DNA of 64,000 nt from Candidatus Magasanikbacteria bacterium GW2011_GWA2_56_11. GTDB taxonomy: Bacteria > Patescibacteriota > Patescibacteriia > Magasanikbacterales > UBA922. Shown in pieces: positions 9,837 through 20,161 of this stretch; within the stretch, counting starts at the first letter, position 1, and the number at the start of each line of letters is the position of its first letter. Location: assembly GCA_001004885.1 (NCBI GenBank), contig LCRX01000003.1, positions 1,650 through 65,649 on the forward strand. Direction: 5' to 3'. The position numbers and the translations under genes were made by a program. Below the pieces are notes generated by a model. It ran no database searches. It was given only the letters and a program-made list of their open reading frames with translations, and had not been told where the DNA came from.

Positions 9837-10370
9837 TCAACCCGACCTTGGACTACGCCGGGATCGTTTCAGAGCCTGGGTAAAAGGCAAATTGGCTCCG
9901 GCGGCCAGGGCCACGGCGAGAGCGTCGGCCGCGTCGTCTTGCAGCCGCCCGGGCTTGAGGCCCAGGATAACTTTGACCATGTACTGCAGCTGGCTCTTTT
10001 CGGCGCGGCCATAGCCGGTCAGCGACTTTTTTATCTCAAGCGGCGTAAATTCCTCAATCGGCAGCCCGGCTTCGGAGAGCGTCAGGAGCACGACGCCGCG
10101 CGCCTGGCCGACCTCAATGGCGGTGGTAACATTTTTGTAAAAAAATAACTCCTCCACGGACGCCGACGCCGGCCGGTATTTCTGGATAATTTTAACTAAA
10201 TCGTCGCGGATCTCGCACAGACGCTCCGCAAAAGAAAGCTCGGCCGACGTTTCTATCAGCCCGTATACCACCGCCCGCCAGGCGCCGTTTCTTTGTTCGA
10301 TTATCCCATAGCCCAGCCGGCCGAAGCCGGGGTCAATTCCCAATATCCGCTGAGTTTTATTTCTTTTCAT
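9837..10370 (-). CDS. ruvC: Holliday junction resolvase RuvC
   Basis: ILGIDPG, VEELFF, GYGRAEKSQ, DDAADALAVA. Confidence 0.96.
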   Translation of the reverse strand: MKRNKTQRILGIDPGFGRLGYGIIEQRNGAWRAVVYGLIETSAELSFAERLCEIRDDLVKIIQKYRPASASVEELFFYKNVTTAIEVGQARGVVLLTLSEAGLPIEEFTPLEIKKSLTGYGRAEKSQLQYMVKVILGLKPGRLQDDAADALAVALAAGANLPFTQALKRSRRSPRSG

Positions 10371-10384
10371 ACGAATACCAGACG

Positions 10385-11119
10385 TTAGACTTCATTCGTG
10401 TACACCGCCCGCACGTCGTCGTGGTCTTCGAGCGCGCCGTAAAGCCCCGCCGCCTGCTCGCTCCCGGCCTCGTCTGCCGAAACCCTGTCTTTGGGTAGCC
10501 ATTCCAATCCCGACTCTTCCGGCTCGATGCCGAACCGCTCCACGGTATGCAAAACCGGCTGGAACTTATCCACGGCGCAAATAATCTCCCACCCGAGCTC
10601 GCTCACAACGATATCCTCAGCGCCCGCGTCAATCACCGCGAGTTCAAACTCCGGCTCTCGGTCTTTGATTTTAGGCCTCTGGCTCTCGCCGACCCGCACC
10701 ACCGCGCGCCGTTCGAATTGCCACTGCACGCTGCCCGGACCGGCGACGCTGCCGCCATGCTTGGTAAAAATATTTTTTACCTCGCCGGCCGAACGATTGC
10801 GGTTGTCGGTCACGACTTCAACCAAAAAAGCGATGCCGCCCGGGCCGAAACCCTCATACAAAAGCTCCTCCAGCGCGGCCTCGTCTCCAAGCTCGCCAGT
10901 ACCTCGTTTTATAGCCCGATCTATATTATCTTTGGGTAAATTGGCGGCCTTGGCTTTTTCGATCGCGAGGCGCAGGGAAAAATTCATTTCCGGGTTGCCG
11001 CCGCCTTCTTTGGCGGCGATGGTAATCAAACGCGCCAGCTTGGTAAAAGCGCTGCCTTTTAGTTTGTCCTGCTTGCCCTTGCGGACCTGGATATTGTGCC
11101 ATTTCGAGTGCCGGGCCAT
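10385..11119 (-). CDS. yebC: YebC/PmpR family protein
   Basis: MARHSKWHNI, NLPKDNIDRAIK, YEGFGPGG, TDNRNRS. Confidence 0.95.
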   Translation of the reverse strand: MARHSKWHNIQVRKGKQDKLKGSAFTKLARLITIAAKEGGGNPEMNFSLRLAIEKAKAANLPKDNIDRAIKRGTGELGDEAALEELLYEGFGPGGIAFLVEVVTDNRNRSAGEVKNIFTKHGGSVAGPGSVQWQFERRAVVRVGESQRPKIKDREPEFELAVIDAGAEDIVVSELGWEIICAVDKFQPVLHTVERFGIEPEESGLEWLPKDRVSADEAGSEQAAGLYGALEDHDDVRAVYTNEV

Positions 11120-11262
11120 ATAGTTAAGAGCCGTGAAAAAGACTGTAAAAACTCAGGAAATGAGCGGCTCAACCGGCAAATCCGGTAAGCCACCGACGAC
11201 CTCACAGCCCTACATTATAGTATTTATTGCCAAAAATCAACGCTGCGGCACCTTATTTGCCG

Positions 11263-11913
11263 CTACTCGGACAACGGCCGGCTTATCTGCTCGATAGTTT
11301 TCGCTTCCGATAATCTGTACGGTCCGATTCTGGTGCGAACCAAAGCCGCCGCGTACGCCCCCGCACCCAAATCCTGCCCGATATCGTGAACCAAACTTCT
11401 AATATACGTCCCGGAGCTGCAAACCACCCGCAGGCGGGCCGAATCAGGAGCGCACTCCAAAATTTCCAGCTCAAAAATCGTCACCGTCTGCGGCCGGCGC
11501 TCGATTTCTGCTCCCTGCCGCGCCAGTTCGTATAATTTTTTCCCGCCTACCTTTTTGGCCGAAAACATCGGCGGAACTTGTTCAATGACACCGCGATATT
11601 TTGGTAAAATTTTTTCCAGTTCTTCCTTGGCCACCGGCCGCGCCAAGGGATGGGGAGCGATGACGCCATCGCAATCGTAGGAGTCGCTCACAAAGCCGAA
11701 CTTCATCGCCACCTCGTATTCCTTTTCCAGCCGTTTGAATTCATCCAACCGTTTCGTCGCCTCGCGGCCCACGCCCACGATTAGCAACCCCATGGCAAAC
11801 GGATCAAGCGTGCCCGCGTGGCCAATCTTTTTTTCGCGCAAAATACCGCGGAGTTTGGCCACCACGTCATGCGAGGTCCAGCCGACCGGCTTATTCACCA
11901 AAAGAAAAGGCAT
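11263..11913 (-). CDS. truB: tRNA pseudouridine55 synthase (no PUA domain)
   Basis: [44 protein letters not shown]. Confidence 0.95.
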   Translation of the reverse strand: MPFLLVNKPVGWTSHDVVAKLRGILREKKIGHAGTLDPFAMGLLIVGVGREATKRLDEFKRLEKEYEVAMKFGFVSDSYDCDGVIAPHPLARPVAKEELEKILPKYRGVIEQVPPMFSAKKVGGKKLYELARQGAEIERRPQTVTIFELEILECAPDSARLRVVCSSGTYIRSLVHDIGQDLGAGAYAAALVRTRIGPYRLSEAKTIEQISRPLSE

Positions 11914-12067
11914 ACAAAAAGTAAAACTTAGCCCACGGCCGGCCGCTAACTCCGGCCGAAGGAAAGGAGATCCAAGCAAGAACAGTCTGTAATACAGCAA
12001 AGCTCCCCCGCTTGGGCGGGGGAGCTGGCAATACGCCTAAAAGCCAACAAACACTGTTGAACTCATA

Positions 12068-12166
12068 GTAACCGGGCGGTATAACTCATTTTAATTCCGC
12101 CAGCTGTCTGAGCTGCGTAGCAAGCGAGTTCTGCCGGAATTAAAATGAGTTATACCGCCCGGTTAC
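12068..12166. repeat. Palindromic dispersed element, copy 2
   Basis: Same core as 8642-8738, with different but self-complementary arms. Confidence 0.85.
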
Positions 12167-12183
12167 GCCTTTGCCGTAGCAGA

Positions 12184-15100
12184 CTATTCCTGTGCCGGAG
12201 CCCCCTCAGTATCAACTTCAGCTTCAGACACAAACCCCGTCCCCGCCGGAATCAAACGGCCGATGATAACGTTCTCTTTGAGACCTTCCAAGTAGTCCAC
12301 CTTGCCGGTGATAGCGGCGCTGACCAAAACCCGCGAGGTTTCCTGGAACGAAGCGGCCGAAAGGAAACTCTGCGTGGTCAAAGCGACCTTGCTGATGCCC
12401 AAAAGAAGTTCGCGCCCTTTTGCCGGCTTACGGCCGGCACTTTGGGCCTGGGCATTGGCCACCATCAACTGCGCTTTTTCAATAATTTCTCCGGGCAACA
12501 GGTCCGAGTCGCCCGATTCTTCCACGTAAACGCGGCTAAACATCTGCTTGATAATGATCTCGACGTGCTTGTCGTTCAGGCGCTGCCCTTGGGCGGCGTA
12601 AATTTCCTGTATTTCGGTCAAAATATAGCGCTGCACCGCATCCCGGCCCCTGAGCTCGTAGAGCTCGTTGAGGTCAATGCTGCCTTCCGTCAGCTGGTCG
12701 CCGCGCTCTACCTCGTCGCCGTCTTTCACCCAGAGCTTGTAGCCGATCGGGATGATATACTCTTTTACGCTCTTGCCTTCATAGACCAGAATCACCTTGT
12801 CGCCTTCGTGCCTAATAGTGCCATTGTACTTGGCCAGGACCTCTTCACCCGAAGAACCGCGGATCAGAAGACAATCGTCTTTTTTTACTTTGTCTCCGTC
12901 ATGGGCTTTGATCTCGTCCTCTCCGCTCACTTCAAAAGTCATTTCCTCTTGGCCTTCATGGTGTACCTGGATAATCTTCTGGCCGCGGCGGCCTTCAAAA
13001 ATCTTACGTCCGGTAGGACTCGTGATAACCTTGCCGTCCGCGTCCTCGATCTCCACCTTGCCGGAAACTTCGGACAAGACAGCTTTGCGTTTCGGCAGTC
13101 GCGATTCGAACAGCTCCTCCACGCGCGGCAGACCCTGGGTAATGTCGCCGCCGGCCACGCCGCCTAAGTGGAAAGTACGCATTGTCAACTGCGTGCCCGG
13201 CTCACCGATGGATTGCGCCGCGATAACTCCGGCGGCCACCCCAGGCTTGATTACTTCATTGTGCGCCAGGTCGTAACCGTAACATTTAACGCACACGCCC
13301 TTGGGCAACAGACACTGAAGAACGGACCGGACATGAACCGTATCAATGCCGGCCTGTTCAATCTGGCGGACGGCTTCGGCCGTTACCACGCCGCCTTCTT
13401 TGACGATAGTCTTGCGACCGTCCTTTACGGCCGAGATGACAAAACGTCCCAAAACTCTGTCCGTCAGTTTCTCACCCATCTGTTCCGATTCGTCCTTAGT
13501 GAAAATTTCACCCGTCGTGTCGCCGCAATCCTCAAACTTGACAATGACATCCTGCGCCACATCCACCAAGCGGCGGGTGAGGTAACCGGCGTTAGCCGTG
13601 CGCAGAGCCGTGTCCGAGAGACCCTTACGGGTGCCGTGCGAGGAAATAAAGAACTCGATGACGTCAAAGCCTTCTTTGAAGTTGCCCTTCACCGGCAGCT
13701 CGATAATCTCACCGCTCGGCGAGGCCACGAGGCCCTTCATGGCGATTACCTGCCCGAGTTGCGCCCAGCTGCCGCGGGCGCCGGAATCGATCATGGCAAA
13801 CACCGAGTCATTCTTATCCAGGGCGTCCTTGGTGTGCGCCAGCATGCGTTCTTTGACTTCGGTCCAAATCTCCAGCACTTTGGCGTGCCGTTCGGCATCC
13901 GTCAAAAGGCCCTGCTGGTACTGGTCCTCCACGATTTCGACGCGCTTAGCGCCCTCGTCGAGCAAAACCGGCTTGTCGGGAATTTCCGGAAACTGGTTCT
14001 TACCCAGCGAATAACCGGACTTGGTCACGTATTTGTACCCTAGATTTTTTATCTCATCGAGCATCTTGGCGGTCGTCTCTTGGCCGTAAAATTCCAATAA
14101 AAGCTGAATAATGGCCGACAGGTGCTTTTTGGTAATGGTCTCATTGTAGTACGGAATCCGGACCGGAAGAATTTCATTGAAGAAAACGCGGCCGATAGAC
14201 GTTTCGATAATTGTGCCCGTACCTTCGGGGAATTTGGACAAATCAGTGAAGCGGACTTTGATGCGCTCTTTGAGGCTGATTACCCGCGTCTTGTACGCGT
14301 ACTTGGCTTCGGTGATATTGGCGAAAAACCTCTTCACCTCGCCGGTGTCGCGGTCGTCGTATTTAGTCAGGTAATAACAGCCGAGGGCGATGTCTTGCTG
14401 CGGCGTAATTACCGGAGCGCCGGTGGCCGGCTTGAGCAAGTTTTTCTCCGACGCCATCAAATGCTCGGCCTCCCACTTGGCCTGTTCCGACAGTGGCAGG
14501 TGGACCGCCATTTGGTCGCCGTCAAAGTCAGCGTTAAAAGCGGCGCAGACGAGCGGGTGAAGACGGATGGCTTTGCCCTCTACCAGCCGCGGCCGAAAAG
14601 CCTGGATACCGAGCCGGTGCAGGGTGGGCGCGCGATTGAGCAGGACACGCGTGCTTTTGGTCAAATTTTCCAAGATATCCCACACCTCCGGAGCATTGCT
14701 TTCGATAAACCGCGAAGCGCTGCGGACATTGTGGGCCAGTTCACGCTTGATAATCTCGGCCATGACGAACGGTTTAAAAAGTTCGAGCGCCATAATTTTG
14801 GGCAAGCCGCACTCGTCGATATTGAGCTTGGGGCCTACCACGATAACCGACCGGCCGGAGTAGTCTACCCGCTTGCCCAGCAGATTCTGGCGGAAACGCC
14901 CCTGTTTGCCTTTGAGGATGTCGGCGAGAGAGCGCAGCTGACGTTTTTGTCCGGTCGAGGCGCGCACAGTCTTGGTGGCGCGGGCATTATTGTCGATAAG
15001 AGCGTCGACTGCTTCCTGCAGCATGCGTTTTTCATTGCGGCAGATCACCTCCGGCGCGTTAAGCTCCAACAGGCGCCGCAGACGGTTGTTGCGGTTGATC

Positions 15101-16089
15101 ACCCGGCGGTACAGGTCATTCAGGTCGGAAGTCGCGAACCGTCCGCCGTCTAGAGCCACCATCGGACGCAGGTCCGGCGGCACGACCGGAATCACGGTCA
15201 TAACCATCCATTCCGGACGGATTTCATTTTTGGCCAGGCTCGTCAAAAGCTTAACGCGGCGGATGAGCCGGCCGCGCTTGGCGCCTTTGCTCTTTTGAAT
15301 TTCCCTCTCCAAATTGACGATGGTGTCCTCCAAGTTAAGCCGGACCAAAAGTTCGCGGATCGCGCCCGCGCCGATGCCGGCCTCGAACAAATGGCCGTAA
15401 CGGATAGAGAGTTCCTGGTAGCGGGCTTCCGAAAGGATATTAAGCATCGTAATTTCCTTGAGCTCGGACTCGGCCTGATGAAAGTCTTCATCGAGCGCCG
15501 CGAGCTTCTCATCCCGTTCCCGGACAATCGCTTTGGCGTCTTTTGAATCGGCGCCGATGGCTTCGATTTTTTTGCCGAAATCGCCCTCGATCTGTTTGCG
15601 TTTGCTCTTGTATTCTTTCTTCAGCGAGTCTTCGGTGGACGCACGTTCCGCCTCGTCAACTTGCGTGATGATAAATGAAGCAAAATAGATGACCTTTTCG
15701 AGCGCCTGAATGGATAAATCGAGCACCAAACCCAGACGCGAAGGAATAGTACGCAAAAACCAGATGTGCGAAACCGGCGTAGACAGTTCAATGTGCCCCA
15801 TGCGTTCGCGCCGCACCAAAGAATGCGTAACCTCGACGCCGCACTTATCGCAGACAATTCCTTTGTAACGTATTTTTTTGTACTTGCCGCAGTAGCATTC
15901 CCAATCCTTGGTCGGGCCGAAAACTTCTTCGGCAAAAAGACCGCCCTTTTCCGGCTTTTGCGTGCGGTAATTTATCGTCTCCGGCTTGTAGACCTCGCCG
16001 TACGACCATTTTTTTATTACCTCTGGCGACGCCACTTTAAGGCGCAAGGCGTCAAACTGCAGGACGGTAAGTGAGTTGCGGGGTGTCAT
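12184..16089 (-). CDS. rpoC: RNA polymerase beta' subunit
   Basis: NADFDGDQM active-site motif, zinc finger, QSIGEPGTQLTMRTFH. Confidence 0.99.
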   Translation of the reverse strand: MTPRNSLTVLQFDALRLKVASPEVIKKWSYGEVYKPETINYRTQKPEKGGLFAEEVFGPTKDWECYCGKYKKIRYKGIVCDKCGVEVTHSLVRRERMGHIELSTPVSHIWFLRTIPSRLGLVLDLSIQALEKVIYFASFIITQVDEAERASTEDSLKKEYKSKRKQIEGDFGKKIEAIGADSKDAKAIVRERDEKLAALDEDFHQAESELKEITMLNILSEARYQELSIRYGHLFEAGIGAGAIRELLVRLNLEDTIVNLEREIQKSKGAKRGRLIRRVKLLTSLAKNEIRPEWMVMTVIPVVPPDLRPMVALDGGRFATSDLNDLYRRVINRNNRLRRLLELNAPEVICRNEKRMLQEAVDALIDNNARATKTVRASTGQKRQLRSLADILKGKQGRFRQNLLGKRVDYSGRSVIVVGPKLNIDECGLPKIMALELFKPFVMAEIIKRELAHNVRSASRFIESNAPEVWDILENLTKSTRVLLNRAPTLHRLGIQAFRPRLVEGKAIRLHPLVCAAFNADFDGDQMAVHLPLSEQAKWEAEHLMASEKNLLKPATGAPVITPQQDIALGCYYLTKYDDRDTGEVKRFFANITEAKYAYKTRVISLKERIKVRFTDLSKFPEGTGTIIETSIGRVFFNEILPVRIPYYNETITKKHLSAIIQLLLEFYGQETTAKMLDEIKNLGYKYVTKSGYSLGKNQFPEIPDKPVLLDEGAKRVEIVEDQYQQGLLTDAERHAKVLEIWTEVKERMLAHTKDALDKNDSVFAMIDSGARGSWAQLGQVIAMKGLVASPSGEIIELPVKGNFKEGFDVIEFFISSHGTRKGLSDTALRTANAGYLTRRLVDVAQDVIVKFEDCGDTTGEIFTKDESEQMGEKLTDRVLGRFVISAVKDGRKTIVKEGGVVTAEAVRQIEQAGIDTVHVRSVLQCLLPKGVCVKCYGYDLAHNEVIKPGVAAGVIAAQSIGEPGTQLTMRTFHLGGVAGGDITQGLPRVEELFESRLPKRKAVLSEVSGKVEIEDADGKVITSPTGRKIFEGRRGQKIIQVHHEGQEEMTFEVSGEDEIKAHDGDKVKKDDCLLIRGSSGEEVLAKYNGTIRHEGDKVILVYEGKSVKEYIIPIGYKLWVKDGDEVERGDQLTEGSIDLNELYELRGRDAVQRYILTEIQEIYAAQGQRLNDKHVEIIIKQMFSRVYVEESGDSDLLPGEIIEKAQLMVANAQAQSAGRKPAKGRELLLGISKVALTTQSFLSAASFQETSRVLVSAAITGKVDYLEGLKENVIIGRLIPAGTGFVSEAEVDTEGAPAQE

Positions 16090-16127
16090 AGACAGAAAAT
16101 TTCAAATTCCTAATATCTAAGCTGTCC

Positions 16128-19100
16128 CTATTGGTTGGGCACTTCGGCCGCGGCCGGCTCATCCGCCGCTTTTTCAGACGCAATGGCCGTTTCATCGACC
16201 GAGGCGAAGCCCTCGCCCTCAACCCTTTTCTGAAGTTCGACATCCAGGGCCAGACCCTTAAGTTCGCGGACCAAAACATTAAACGACTCCGGCAGATTAA
16301 TCTTCGTTATCGATTCGCCCTTGATAATCGCCTCGTAAGCCTTGGCGCGCCCGGGCACGTCATCGGATTTAATCGTCAGCATTTCCTGAAGCGTGTGCGC
16401 CGCGCCATAGGCCTCGAGCGCCCAGACTTCCATTTCGCCAAAGCGCTGGCCGCCGAATTGCGCCTTGCCGCCGAGAGGCTGCTGGGTAATCAGGCTGTAA
16501 GGCCCGATAGAACGCTGGTGAATCTTGTCCTCGACCATGTGGTTTAGCTTCAGCATGTAGCTGTAACCCACCGTGGTTTTGTAGTCGTACGGTTCGCCGG
16601 TCCGGCCGTCGTAAAGCTGCAGTTGGCCGTTGTCCGGGAAACCGGCCTTCTCGAGCTCGGCCGCAATCTGCTCCTCGGTAATACCGTTCAAAACCGGAGT
16701 AGCCGCGCGGTAGCCGAGCGCGTTGGCGGCCAATCCCAAGTGATTCTCCAGGAGCTGGCCCAAATTCATACGCGAAATAACGCCGAGCGGCGAAAGAATG
16801 ATGTCAATAGGCGTTCCATCCTCCAAGAAAGGCATGTCGCCGACCGGGACCACGCGGGAAATAACGCCTTTATTCCCGTGGCGTCCGGCCATCTTGTCGC
16901 CCACCTGCACCTTCCGCAAATCGGCCACCGTAACCTGCACCTGTTTTATTACTCCGGGCTGGAGTTTGTCGCCTTGTTCGGCCGAAAAAACTTTCACGTC
17001 GATCACCTTGCCGTGCTCGCCGTGTTCCAAATACAGCGACGAGTCGCGCACATCTCGGGCCTTCTCGCCGAAAATAGCGCGCAGCAGCCTTTCTTCCGGC
17101 GTGAGTTCGGTCTCGCCTTTGGGCGTGATCTTGCCGACCAGGATATCGCCGGAATGAACTTCGGCGCCAATACGGACAATGCCTTCCGAATCCAGATTCT
17201 TGAGCTTTTCCTCGCTGACATTCGGGATGTCGCTTGTTACCACTTCGGGCCCAAGCTTGGTTTCGCGCACGTCGGTCGTATAATGCTCAATCTGGATGGA
17301 AGTGTAGCGATCGTCGCGCACCAGCCGCTCCGAGATAATGACGGCGTCCTCGTAGTTAAAGCCGTCCCACACCATGTAAGCCACGAGCACGTTCTGGCCC
17401 AGAGCCAGCTCGCCGTCCTTGATAGACGGACCATCGCACAAAGGTTGGCCCTTTTTTACCTTTTGGCCAAGCGTCACGATGGGAGACTGGTTAATGCAAC
17501 TCGAGGCGTTCGAGCGGACAAATTTATGAAGGCGGTAAGTGTACACTTTGCCTTTCTTGCCGGTAAGCTCGATACGGGCGCCGTCGACGGCCGTAATCTC
17601 GCCGTCGTCAGGAGCCGTAAAGACGTACCCCGAAGACATGGCCGCGGCCCGCTCCACGCCGGTACCGACGAGCGGCGGGTCAGCTTTGATGCACGGCACG
17701 CTTTGGCGCTGCATGTTCGTGCCCATGAGGGCGCGCGTAGCGTCGTCATGTTCCAAAAAGGGAATCAGGCTCGTCGCCACGCTCAAAATCTGGTTCGAAG
17801 CCACGTCCAGGTAATCTATGACAGACACATCGGCGACGGCCGGCTGGCCATGAACGCGGGCCGCCACTTTTTCTTCTTGAAAATAGCCTTTCTCGTCAAT
17901 CTCCACGGTAGCACTGGTTGTGCTTACGCGCTCTTCCTCGAAAGAATTGAGGTAGACAATCTCGTGAGTAACGCGGGGTTTTACCGGAATTTCCGTCCAG
18001 TCTTTTAGACCGGCGATCTTTTTGGCTTTCTCCGCCGTAATCACCTCGCCGGCGGCCGCCGCACTGCCGATATCCTCCCGGGCGATTTCCCCTTCCGTGA
18101 ATTTGGGATCATTAGGCACTGTTCGCAAAACTTTTCTGTACGGGGTCTCCAAAAAACCGAACCCGTTCATGCGCGCGAAAGCCGACAGATGGCCGACCAG
18201 TCCGATGTTGGGGCCTTCAGGAGTGGCAATGGGGCAGATGCGGCCATAGTGGGTACTGTGCACGTCGCGTACTTCAAAGCCGGCGCGGTCCCGCGACAAC
18301 CCTCCCGGACCAAGCGCCGAGACGCGGCGCTTGTGCTCCAACTCGGCCAGCGGGTTAACCTGGTCCATGAACTGAGAAAGCTGCGAACTCATGAAGAACT
18401 CGCGCACTACGCTGATAACCGGCCGGGCATTGATGAGCTTGTTGGGCACTATACTGTCGATTTCCATGGTGCTCATCCGGTCTTTGATGATGCGCTCCAT
18501 GCGCGCCAACCCGATCCGAAAGCGATTCTGCACGAGTTCGCCCACGGCGCGCACTCGACGGTTGCCCAGGTGGTCAATATCGTCCGGTATGTCCTGGGTA
18601 ACATTGAGGCGGACAACTTCTTTGATCACTAGGATGAGTTTTTCGAGAGAAAGCACGCGATGCTCTTTGGTGTCGAAATCTTTTTCACCCAAGTTGAGGT
18701 TGAACTTGGTGCTGAATTTATAAACGCCGACCTTGCCGAGATCGTAGCGATCAAAATTGAAAAACATCGAATGTATCAGGCTTCTGGCGTTGTCAGCCGT
18801 CGCCAAGTCGCCCGGCCGGATCCGGCGGTAAACTTCTATGAGGCCTTCTTCCTCGGAGCTGGCAGCGTCTTTCTTGAGTGTTTCTTCGATGTAATCAATG
18901 TTCGGATGGGCGTTAACATCTTTGAAAGTCTCACGGATACCGTCATCATTGGAGAGTCCAAAAGCGCGCAAAAGCGAAGTGGCGGCCACCTTGCGTTTGC
19001 GGTCCACTTTTACCCAAATTACGTTGTTTTGGTCGGTTTCCACTTCTATCCAGGCGCCGCGGTTCGGGATTATTTTGGCGCCGTAAAAACGGCGGCCGCG

Positions 19101-19559
19101 CGCCTGGTCGGCGGTAAAGAAAGCGCCCGGACTGCGGATAAGCTGGGACACGACGACGCGTTCAATACCGTTTATCATGAAAGTACCGCGGTCGGTCATG
19201 AGCGGGATATCACCCAAATAGATTTCCTGTTTATTGGATTTGCCGGTGCGCTTGTTTACCAGCTTGACCTGAACGCGCAACGGGGCTTCGTAGGTGATAT
19301 TCTTTTCGCGGCAGTGTATTTCGTCAAATTTGGCTTCATCGAGGTAGTAATCTTCAAAGTACAGTTCAAGATCGCGGCCGGTAAAATCTCCGATCGGAGA
19401 AATCTCGTCAAACAGTTCGCGAATACCCTCCTTGAGAAACCACTCATACGAGGTCTTCTGCACCTCGATCAGGTCCGGCGTCTCGATAGCGTCGCGGAGC
19501 TTCGTAAAGTAGACGCGCTCCAAATGCTGGAGGGGCTGGCGCTTATAGACTGGCGTCAT
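16128..19559 (-). CDS. rpoB: RNA polymerase beta subunit
   Basis: SQLSQFMDQ, GDKMAGRHGNKG, GGQRFGEMEVWALE. Confidence 0.99.
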   Translation of the reverse strand: MTPVYKRQPLQHLERVYFTKLRDAIETPDLIEVQKTSYEWFLKEGIRELFDEISPIGDFTGRDLELYFEDYYLDEAKFDEIHCREKNITYEAPLRVQVKLVNKRTGKSNKQEIYLGDIPLMTDRGTFMINGIERVVVSQLIRSPGAFFTADQARGRRFYGAKIIPNRGAWIEVETDQNNVIWVKVDRKRKVAATSLLRAFGLSNDDGIRETFKDVNAHPNIDYIEETLKKDAASSEEEGLIEVYRRIRPGDLATADNARSLIHSMFFNFDRYDLGKVGVYKFSTKFNLNLGEKDFDTKEHRVLSLEKLILVIKEVVRLNVTQDIPDDIDHLGNRRVRAVGELVQNRFRIGLARMERIIKDRMSTMEIDSIVPNKLINARPVISVVREFFMSSQLSQFMDQVNPLAELEHKRRVSALGPGGLSRDRAGFEVRDVHSTHYGRICPIATPEGPNIGLVGHLSAFARMNGFGFLETPYRKVLRTVPNDPKFTEGEIAREDIGSAAAAGEVITAEKAKKIAGLKDWTEIPVKPRVTHEIVYLNSFEEERVSTTSATVEIDEKGYFQEEKVAARVHGQPAVADVSVIDYLDVASNQILSVATSLIPFLEHDDATRALMGTNMQRQSVPCIKADPPLVGTGVERAAAMSSGYVFTAPDDGEITAVDGARIELTGKKGKVYTYRLHKFVRSNASSCINQSPIVTLGQKVKKGQPLCDGPSIKDGELALGQNVLVAYMVWDGFNYEDAVIISERLVRDDRYTSIQIEHYTTDVRETKLGPEVVTSDIPNVSEEKLKNLDSEGIVRIGAEVHSGDILVGKITPKGETELTPEERLLRAIFGEKARDVRDSSLYLEHGEHGKVIDVKVFSAEQGDKLQPGVIKQVQVTVADLRKVQVGDKMAGRHGNKGVISRVVPVGDMPFLEDGTPIDIILSPLGVISRMNLGQLLENHLGLAANALGYRAATPVLNGITEEQIAAELEKAGFPDNGQLQLYDGRTGEPYDYKTTVGYSYMLKLNHMVEDKIHQRSIGPYSLITQQPLGGKAQFGGQRFGEMEVWALEAYGAAHTLQEMLTIKSDDVPGRAKAYEAIIKGESITKINLPESFNVLVRELKGLALDVELQKRVEGEGFASVDETAIASEKAADEPAAAEVPNQ

Positions 19560-19776
19560 AGGGGGACAAAAAAACAAAAAATTCCTTGGATGAAGGGAAT
19601 TATGTTGTCAGAGTTAGAAGTTAAGCTGTTCGGACATGGAGGTGAACCTGCTACCGGACAAGGGCCTGTCCGACAATAGCTAGCGCGTAGCCGGACCCCG
19701 TTGCCCCGTATGGTTTAGTAAAGCGGATTTTTCCGCCTGTGCCTCTAGTATCGCGAAGTATTCTGTAAGCTCCATC

Positions 19777-19805
19777 ACTATACCTTAGTCGGGAGGGGCT
19801 GTCAA
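19777..19805 (-). promoter_or_regulatory. Promoter for rpoBC with a ~210-nt leader
   Basis: TTGACA, 17-bp spacer, TATAGT. Confidence 0.7.
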
Positions 19806-20161
19806 GGAGAACCATATCGTTGATTTTTGTCAAGAATCCATGATATTTTACTTTATTTTAGCCTTTTTTCTCAATTGTATCCGCCTCTTAAGGTTTTAAG
19901 CCCGGAGTTATCCCCACTTAGCGGGCCGTTTCGACCCCAAAAGCCGAACCAGCTTACCCCGGCATAACTGCACGAGACTGGCCCCAGCCGGATTGAAAAG
20001 CCGGGAACCTTCCGGCCGTCATCCATTTGGTAGCTTAGAGCAAATTAACGCCCTCGCCACTGTACGGCGCTGCCCAGCGGCAAGCTGGAGTCAGAAATAT
20101 TCATTCCTTTCCTACCTCGTGGTATACTATGAGGTACTATTCGCGCTTCTACCCCCTATTT

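Noticed and set aside
12145-19679. Long plus-strand ORFs (up to 461 aa) opposite rpoB/rpoC, with similar ones opposite pnp, ftsK and the DGR target (62154-63347)
   Set aside because: Expected antisense frames of GC3-rich genes; no motifs
19806-20128. Possible replication origin at the gene-strand switch
   Set aside because: Only one imperfect DnaA-like box (ttatcccca) and no dnaA/dnaN nearby
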